Positions 7,856 to 13,862 of a stretch of DNA of 13,862 nt are shown here, piece after piece. This stretch comes from Candidatus Methylomirabilales bacterium (GTDB lineage Bacteria > Methylomirabilota > Methylomirabilia > Methylomirabilales > CSP1-5). Both the position numbers and the translations under genes were made by a program. The notes beneath the pieces are model-generated. The model was given only the letters and a program-made list of their open reading frames with translations, was not told the origin of the DNA and did no database searches. The stretch spans positions 1-13,862 of the forward strand of contig JBHIAH010000070.1 of the NCBI GenBank assembly GCA_046758505.1, written 5' to 3'. The stretch's first letter is position 1. The number at the start of each line of letters is the position of its first letter.

Positions 7856-7879
7856 CCACGGATGAGGGGGGGCCCCCGG

Positions 7880-8048
7880 GATTTCGAATTTCGGATTTGG
7901 GATTTCGAAATTAACTGCAGGGTTTGCGATCCATCACATTCGCAATTCGCAATCCGAAATTGCTCTTATTCGTCTTAGCGACGACCGATGACCGACGACC
8001 GATGACCGGTTTTCTAAATCCGAAATCGTCCCGCTCTCAACTCTCCAC
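7880..8048. repeat. Mosaic heptamer tandem-repeat region 2
   Basis: RATTTSG x4 (7880-7907) facing CGMAATY x3 (7941-7961); GAYGACC x4 (7980-8007); then CTAAATC-CGAAATC and CTCTCAA-CTCTCCA. Confidence 0.9.
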
Positions 8049-8065
8049 ACCAACCACCGACACCG

Positions 8066-9061
8066 ATGATCGGCAATCGGAAGAGAAGGGCAAGCCTAAG
8101 CGGAATCTTTTTGCTCATCCTGCTCGTGGGGCTACCGATCCTGTTCGCTGGGGGCGCGCTCTACGGCCAACAGGCAGGAATCGCGAGCAAATATCCAGGC
8201 GATAAAGGCATCGAGAACGACCCCGACGTCATCTTTGTGGAGAATTTCGAGGAAGGCTCCCTGGCCTCGGTGCGATCCCGCTGGGACAATGTAAAGAACC
8301 CCCGCATTATGTCCCTCTCCACCGATGTCCCCCCCGGAAGCGCCAGCACACATTCCCTCTTGATGACCCATGTGGGAGGAAGGGGCACGGGTGGCCATCT
8401 GTACCGGCGCCTTCTGCCCGGCTATGAGCGACTCTTTGCCCGCTTTTATGTCAAGTTCGATTCCAAGAGTTACGGCATCCACCATTTTGGGACCAACCTG
8501 GGCGGCAACAACCCCCCGACGAGATGGCCCGTCGTCAGGGCAGGCTACAAGCCCCCCGGCGACAAACAATTCTGGGTGGGCGCCGAACCCCACGGCCCGG
8601 CATGGCGGTGGGACTTTTACACCTACTGGATGAAGATGCGAACCAATCCTGATAAGAGATTCTGGGGCAACGACTTTATCAACGACCGGAATTTCAAGGT
8701 CACACGCGGGACATGGATTTCCGTCGAGCTGATGATCTCGATGAACGATCCGGTCAGCGCCTCCAACGGGGAACTGGCGTTATGGATCGATGGCAAACCC
8801 CGGATCAAGGACGGACAGGTCATCAGCCACTTCGGGAAGGGATTCCCAAGGGGGAGATGGGTGTGGGACAGTTTCCTGCCGGATCCGACGGGGAAGCCCT
8901 TCGAGGGATTTCAATGGCGGACGGTGAAGAAACTGAATGTGAACTACGTCTGGGCGTACTTGTATATCACCAAAGCACCCCGCGGGCATGTGAGCAGGGT
9001 GTGGTTTGATGATATCGTCGTGGCGAAAAAATACATCGGGCCGATAAGGCGTGCGAAGTGA
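8066..9061 (+). CDS. Secreted or membrane-anchored Trp/aromatic-rich hypothetical protein, possibly a ConA/polysaccharide-lyase-like beta-sandwich
   Basis: Basic N-terminus plus hydrophobic helix, then FVENFE, FARFYVKF, WISVELMI, GELALWIDG and VWFDDIVVA. The fold call is inference. Confidence 0.7.
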   Translation: MIGNRKRRASLSGIFLLILLVGLPILFAGGALYGQQAGIASKYPGDKGIENDPDVIFVENFEEGSLASVRSRWDNVKNPRIMSLSTDVPPGSASTHSLLMTHVGGRGTGGHLYRRLLPGYERLFARFYVKFDSKSYGIHHFGTNLGGNNPPTRWPVVRAGYKPPGDKQFWVGAEPHGPAWRWDFYTYWMKMRTNPDKRFWGNDFINDRNFKVTRGTWISVELMISMNDPVSASNGELALWIDGKPRIKDGQVISHFGKGFPRGRWVWDSFLPDPTGKPFEGFQWRTVKKLNVNYVWAYLYITKAPRGHVSRVWFDDIVVAKKYIGPIRRAK

Positions 9062-9071
9062 AGGGGAGAGT

Positions 9072-9318
9072 GATTTCGAATTGCGGATTTCGAATTTATG
9101 TGAACCGTGAAGAGCGAAGAGGTGAGGGTTGAGAGGTGAGAGTCAAGGGGTGAGAGTTGAGTGTTGAGTGTCTAGGAATTTCGAATTTGCAATTTCGAAT
9201 TTCGGATTTAACAACTGAAAAGTCTGGACCATTGAACTCCTCAGTCCTCGGCTCTCAACCATCCGCCCTCGACTCTCGGACAGTTCAGGGTTCAGGGAAA
9301 TTCGAAATTGCAAATTCC
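9072..9318. repeat. Mosaic heptamer tandem-repeat region 3, between convergent genes
   Basis: 20 contiguous 7-mers at 9072-9211, a 34-nt unique spacer, then reverse-complement arms at 9246-9317. Perfect 21-bp inverted repeat 9183-9203 / 9297-9317. Confidence 0.92.
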
Positions 9319-9330
9319 GGTAGTTGCCCG

Positions 9331-9822
9331 CTACTTGAGGCGGGCAATCTGAACCGTCTGTCCCACGACACGGAGCTGCCCGCGCGTGTCGCGCCACCCG
9401 ACGAGCACCGTCACGGTCTTGAGGCCGGGGAGGGGAACATCCGCACCGACGTTCCAGACCCGCGTGAACCTGCGGGGCCCTGCCGTCCCCCCTTCCGCAT
9501 CCAGCGGGTTGTTCGGATCGGCATGATCCGGGTCTCGGAGGGCCTCGGGACCGTATCCGGCATCCGCGCCCACGTCATTCCCCCCATCCGGGTCCACCAG
9601 GCGTGCATCTCCATATCCCGCCCGGAGTAGCTCCTCCACCTGGCCCTGCGCCAACGCGGTGGCCGCCACGGTCTCGTGCTGCAGGGCCCCCCGATAGTAG
9701 GTCGCGCTGGACAGCTCGAGCATCGCGAGCCCCGCGACGACAAAGATGGCAAGCGCGACCATGACTTCCGGCAGCGAAAAGCCGTCCTCGGCCTCGGGAT
9801 GTCTCTGATAGAGCGGGCTCAT
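9331..9822 (-). CDS. Type IV minor pilin, PilV-like
   Basis: Class III signal G|FSLPEVMVALAIF, then ALAQGQVEEL, FTRVWNV and LKTVTVLVGW. Confidence 0.85.
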   Translation of the reverse strand: MSPLYQRHPEAEDGFSLPEVMVALAIFVVAGLAMLELSSATYYRGALQHETVAATALAQGQVEELLRAGYGDARLVDPDGGNDVGADAGYGPEALRDPDHADPNNPLDAEGGTAGPRRFTRVWNVGADVPLPGLKTVTVLVGWRDTRGQLRVVGQTVQIARLK

Positions 9823-10661
9823 GAGGGGGATGCGAAAAGAAGGTTCCGCGGGGTGACCGTAAAGCGGACGGAGCTCTGCCCCACGGCAAGGCGGACACGG
9901 GCACCCATCACCGGCATCTCTCCGGATGGCTCGAGGGTCCAGTGCGGGTCCGCCGCGTTCTCATCGTCAGCCGGGGCCACCAGATACTCCACGCGAAGGT
10001 CCTGCACGCTCGGCGCCACAACCGTCTCTTCTCCTCCGCGGCGGCGGAGCAGGCGGCGCTCCCCGGCTTTTCCCTGCACCAGCAGGTACTGCACCTCAGC
10101 CCCCCGCAGGCGAACGACCTTACTTCCCCGGGGAAAGATTACCTCGACCGACGGGTCACCGCCACTGCGACGGACCTCCGAGTCCGGCTTCAGGCCCGGG
10201 CGACTGCGCGACCGCACGTCCCCCACCCGAAAGGCCAGCCATGCGCCGTCGTGGTACAGGAGGACGGGGTCACCCCGCCGAAAGCGACGGACCGCGTCCG
10301 GCGGAATGGGAAACAGCTTGGCGTCCTCGGGCGCGTCCGCGGTCAGCGCCGTGACGAAGGGAGCGTCTATCAGGTAGCGGATGGTGATGACCGGCGCCCC
10401 GTCGCCTGACCCCGGCGCGATGGCCGGCAGGGTCCGAGGCGGAAGACCCGCCCCCGCGAGCTGCAGGTCCTGCTGGAATTGCCGCACGGCAGCCTCGAGC
10501 ACCTGCATCTCTTCCCGGCCGGCTCCGTGCGCCTCGTACGCGCGCCCCTGCGCCTGGAGGGCGAGCGCCATCCCGCCCACGATCAGCGCGGACAGACCCA
10601 TCGCGATCATCAGCTCGACCAGGGTATATCCGCGACAGGACGGGTGGGCCATCCGCGCCAT
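9819..10661 (-). CDS. Type IV minor pilin, PilW-like
   Basis: G|YTLVELMIAMGL, QDLQLAGAG and VQDLRVEY. The true start is ATG 10661 or 10652; the ORF-track extension to 11150 overlaps the pilX-like gene. ATGA overlap with the pilV-like gene. Confidence 0.85.
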   Translation of the reverse strand: MARMAHPSCRGYTLVELMIAMGLSALIVGGMALALQAQGRAYEAHGAGREEMQVLEAAVRQFQQDLQLAGAGLPPRTLPAIAPGSGDGAPVITIRYLIDAPFVTALTADAPEDAKLFPIPPDAVRRFRRGDPVLLYHDGAWLAFRVGDVRSRSRPGLKPDSEVRRSGGDPSVEVIFPRGSKVVRLRGAEVQYLLVQGKAGERRLLRRRGGEETVVAPSVQDLRVEYLVAPADDENAADPHWTLEPSGEMPVMGARVRLAVGQSSVRFTVTPRNLLFASPS

Positions 10662-10663
10662 CC

Positions 10664-11164
10664 TCAACTCTTCTGCCACCGCAGGCGGGTCGCCCGCTGC
10701 CCCACCGTGCCCGCCGGGCCGAGGCGCAGACGGTAGGTAGCGCGGATCTGCTGTGGCTGCATGCCTTTGGGCCGGGCCTCGGCCTCGATGGTCACATCGG
10801 CATACTTCCGCACGAACGCCCGGAACGCCAGGTTGGGCGAGACGTCCACGACCCGCGCCTCGTACTGGACCCGGCCGACCGAGCCGGTGAACGGCTCCGG
10901 GCGGTTCCAGATGGCGGCGACCGCCCGAAACTGGTCGATCACCCCCTCTTCCTCCGAAACGATGTTCACCAGGTACTGGATGCTGTGGTTGATCCCGGAT
11001 TCCACCGCATACAGGGCCTGGGGGGCCTCCTTGGCTTGCCGCATCGAGCGGGCCTGAAAGACGAGGCCCGAGAGGAGCATGCTCGAAACGAGCAAACCCA
11101 GGACGGACAGGAACAGGACCTGGATGAGGACGGTCCCGCGCTCTATCCAATCCCTACCGTACAC
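10664..11164 (-). CDS. Type IV minor pilin, PilX/GspK-like
   Basis: ERG|TVLIQVLFL (no Glu5, typical of PilX) and QALYAVESG. GTG 11164 or TTG 11167 follows GGAG and overlaps the upstream stop. Confidence 0.75.
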   Translation of the reverse strand: MYGRDWIERGTVLIQVLFLSVLGLLVSSMLLSGLVFQARSMRQAKEAPQALYAVESGINHSIQYLVNIVSEEEGVIDQFRAVAAIWNRPEPFTGSVGRVQYEARVVDVSPNLAFRAFVRKYADVTIEAEARPKGMQPQQIRATYRLRLGPAGTVGQRATRLRWQKS

Positions 11165-12929
11165 CAAGTCCCGCTCCCCCTTGGCGCGCCAGGCGTTCCA
11201 CATCCGCAATGACGGTTTGTAGCTCTTCCAGCTTCTCATGCTTCCCCAGTTTCCGCGAAAGGGCGAGGGAGCGATGGTAGCTTTTGAGCGCCTCGGCATA
11301 GCCCCCTGCCGCCGCCTGGGCCGCCCCAAGGCGCTCGAGGACGGCGGCGGCCTCTTCCCGCTGGCCGAGGGCCCGCCAGATCTCGAGAGAGGCCCGGTAA
11401 CGCTTCGCGGCCGTCACATACTCCCCGAGGGCCTCGTACGCCGTCCCAAGTTGGTCGAGGACGCGGGCCTCGCGCTTTCGGTCCCCGAGCTTCCGGTAGA
11501 GCCTGAGGGCCTTCCCATACGCCCCAAGCGCGTCCTCGTACCGCTCCGCATGATAGTAGGCGGTCCCGAGGTTTTGTGCAACCCGGGCGAGCTGCTTCGG
11601 GGCGGCAAGGCCCCGGTACAGCCCTTCCGCCCGCTCGTAGGTCAGGATCGCCTCGTCGAATCTCCCCTGCTCATAAAGCTGCCGCCCATCCCGGTACAGA
11701 TTTTCGGCCTCGACTTCGCGCTCCCGTGCCCCGCGCAGTCCAAGGGCCGCCAATATTTTTTGCGCCAACCCTTTGGCGGGCTCAGGCGCCCTATCCGACG
11801 GGCCGACAGAAACCACACCGCCCGCCGACGACGCACTGCTTCCGGTAAAGGAGGCCACGGTGCTCCCACCGGACGAGGAGCCGCCGCCGCCGCCACCACC
11901 GCCGCCGGCACTCCCGCCGCCGCCACCGGAGGCCGGAACGGCGCCTTTCCGGGTGTTCGCGGCCGAGGCCACTGCGGGCGCCGAACTCGCGGAAGGTGAG
12001 GGAGAATCCCCAGACCCCGGTGGCGAACTGCCGGAGTCGGCAGGAGCAAGAGCAGCAACGGCAGCCGGACCGGCTTGCGCTTTACTCGAACCGACTGCGG
12101 CGGTGTCCGTCGCCAGAGAATCGGCACCCGCACGGGGCGATCCCTTATCATCGCTTCCCATGAGCACGTCACCCAGGAAATCGACAACCTTCGCCACGGT
12201 CGATTGTGACGCCGTCTCGGGGCCTCCCGACGAACTCGTTCCCTCTATGGACGAGCCGGCCCCGCCGGTATCGCCCGAGGGGAGTGCGGCGACGTCCGTG
12301 GCGCCGCCGCTATCGGTGGCTTTAGAGGTGGTGGCTACAGATGCCGACGAGTCGGCGGGCGCCGCATTCCCGCCACCGGAGTCGAGAGACGGAGCGGCGG
12401 CGGATGAGGTGTCGGCCAGGGGCAGCGGTGCAGCCGCCACGGTGGTCGGGCCGTCCCCGCTATCGGCGGAGGATCCGATCGCTTTTGAGGAGCCATCACT
12501 ACCAGTGCCGGTCGTCGGGGCGGAGGCAGTGGCCTGCGGAGTACTGTCGGCACTTGGATTCGACGCAGCGGTCTCGTCGGGCACAGGTGGGGGCACGTCC
12601 GGAATGGTCGTGCTGACCTCGGTGGAAAAGCCGCTCTCATTCGCAAAGATGTCGTAGGCGGTGATCGCGAAGTAGTACGTCTCGCCGGGAACCAGGTCAG
12701 GAGCCGTATAGGTGGTCACGTGGCCGACGTCAATCGTTTGGGTATAGGTTTGGGACGAGGTTCCGATATAGACCTTATACCCCGCGAGGTCCGCTTCCGG
12801 GTTCGGATCCCAGGCGAGAGAGACCGGCTCTGCCGACACCGCCACAGGGTACAGCCCAAGGAGCAGCGCTAGTCCAGTTCCAAGCAGGTTCCTGAGGGTC
12901 CCCGTCCTCCAGCCCGGCCTCGCCTTCAC
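11154..12929 (-). CDS. Secreted fibronectin type III - Ser/Ala/Gly/Pro linker - TPR protein
   Basis: Signal peptide ending AVSA, FN3 domain (LAWDPN..AGYKVY..YYFAITAYD..NES), roughly 280 aa of low-complexity linker and about four TPR-like repeats. GTG start with GGAGG 8 nt upstream. Confidence 0.85.
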   Translation of the reverse strand: MKARPGWRTGTLRNLLGTGLALLLGLYPVAVSAEPVSLAWDPNPEADLAGYKVYIGTSSQTYTQTIDVGHVTTYTAPDLVPGETYYFAITAYDIFANESGFSTEVSTTIPDVPPPVPDETAASNPSADSTPQATASAPTTGTGSDGSSKAIGSSADSGDGPTTVAAAPLPLADTSSAAAPSLDSGGGNAAPADSSASVATTSKATDSGGATDVAALPSGDTGGAGSSIEGTSSSGGPETASQSTVAKVVDFLGDVLMGSDDKGSPRAGADSLATDTAAVGSSKAQAGPAAVAALAPADSGSSPPGSGDSPSPSASSAPAVASAANTRKGAVPASGGGGGSAGGGGGGGGGSSSGGSTVASFTGSSASSAGGVVSVGPSDRAPEPAKGLAQKILAALGLRGAREREVEAENLYRDGRQLYEQGRFDEAILTYERAEGLYRGLAAPKQLARVAQNLGTAYYHAERYEDALGAYGKALRLYRKLGDRKREARVLDQLGTAYEALGEYVTAAKRYRASLEIWRALGQREEAAAVLERLGAAQAAAGGYAEALKSYHRSLALSRKLGKHEKLEELQTVIADVERLARQGGAGLGVR

Positions 12930-12965
12930 AGGAGTTGCCTCCAGAAAGGGACGTTACACCCCGTC

Positions 12966-13184
12966 AGTTCATGGTTCCATAGTTCATGGTTCATGGTTCA
13001 AACAAATTCGAAATTCGCAATCCGCAATCCGCAATCGCGTGATGGTTCATAGGTCAGGTTGAGTGTTGAGAGTTGATTGTTGAGAGCTTAGGGCTTCACG
13101 ACTCTGCTCTGTATTATTGGCTCTCGACTCTCAACCATCCGCTCTCGACTCTCGGACCGTTCATGGGTCATGGAAATTCAAAAT
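12966..13184. repeat. Mosaic heptamer tandem-repeat region 4, in the pilin operon leader
   Basis: RGTTCAT x5, CGMAATY x5 and GTTGAGW x4, with 16 contiguous 7-mers at 12981-13092; then a spacer and a CTCTCRA arm at 13121-13155. Confidence 0.9.
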
Positions 13185-13226
13185 CCCATATTTCCAGAAC
13201 CGACCCCCCGACTTCATACCTAATGG

Positions 13227-13242
13227 GCAACAGTTGTGCCAA
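13227..13242 (-). promoter_or_regulatory. Sigma54 (RpoN) -24/-12 promoter for the FN3/TPR-pilin operon
   Basis: Minus strand TTGGCAC-AACTG-TTGC matches TGGCAC-N5-TTGC. A long, visibly more AT-rich non-coding region lies upstream. Confidence 0.8.
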
Positions 13243-13804
13243 GAACCCTATTCCCTGGCCAGCATACAACATTTGGGGTGCTTTGCAAGGATTGCACCTA
13301 GATGTAGGCGAAATGATCGATGAGAAGGCGGTTCAATGAACGGGACGGAGACGCAGGTAGGCCTTATATGGTAGGACTTACACGGTGGGAACGGAGACTA
13401 GGTGGGAAAGAGGCGGGGGAAATCAGAAAAGTCTGCCAGGCTGGCGAGGAGTTATTCAATATCGGACAATCTGTCACGGAGAAAGTAGTTCAATCTGGCG
13501 GCGCGCTCAGTTACCCTTGGAGATTTATTTTCCCGATAGCCGATACTCGCTCTATCAGAGAGATGGCCTCAACTTATCCTTATTCGGATGATCTCGTTCG
13601 ATGGTAGGTCAAGTCCCAATTTTCCTGTAAAAGCCTGAGGCGTTGGATACCCCCGTGTCCATATCACGCAACAGCCTCCTAGCAGGCGAGCTCACCACAA
13701 TCTCGGCTCGCAGCTGCTCGAGTTGCTTCGTCATAGCGGGCGTCATCGGCACACCGCGTCACCGCTTCGACGCCGTTACCAGAGTGGCATGGTTACGGCG
13801 GATG

Positions 13805-13851
13805 TCGGCGATGGGGTCATCGGCGATGGGGTCAAAGCTTCACATTTGACA
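13805..13851 (+). repeat. Second RAYT-type REP end with a 15-bp tandem duplication
   Basis: TCGGCGATGGGGTCA twice (13805-13819, 13820-13834), then GGGGTCA-N11-TTGACA (13828-13851), the same layout as 6182-6205. Confidence 0.7.
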
Positions 13852-13862
13852 CTCCTACAAAC

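Noticed and set aside
10662..11329. N-terminal extensions of ORFs 9819-11150 and 10664-11329
   Set aside because: Prepilin cleavage motifs and SD positions place the real starts at ~10661 and ~11164; the extensions overlap neighbouring genes.
11870..11930. CCG microsatellite
   Set aside because: It encodes the in-frame poly-Gly/Ser linker of the FN3/TPR protein.
3685..13184. CRISPR array interpretation of the repeats
   Set aside because: No constant 25-40 bp repeat with regular spacers and no cas genes; the repeats are period-7 mosaics.
13320..13607. 95-aa ORF in the AT-rich region
   Set aside because: No recognisable motif; more plausibly the upstream regulatory region of the sigma54 promoter, though not excluded.

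Overview
GC-rich bacterial chromosomal window; a Methylomirabilota/NC10-like origin is only a guess from gene style. From left to right it contains: (1) a minus-strand operon of RNase H-like exonuclease, mtaB, MTA phosphorylase and a PfkB kinase cut by the window edge; (2) a divergent YchF-like ATPase converging on a DUF502 gene; (3) a compact REP-associated tyrosine transposase (RAYT) enclosed by perfect 26-bp inverted repeats, 9 bp from the 3' end of tRNA-Val(CAC); (4) a stand-alone PilZ gene and a secreted Trp-rich protein; (5) a sigma54-type promoter driving FN3/TPR-pilX-pilW-pilV-like genes. The most striking unexplained structure is in four intergenic regions built from about five 7-bp repeat families. 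These stay in one 7-bp register across family switches, form nested inverted arms around short unique spacers, and recur as composite copies bracketing gene blocks (inverted around ychF..pilZ, direct around the pilin operon). A second RAYT-type REP end with a 15-bp tandem duplication sits at the right edge.
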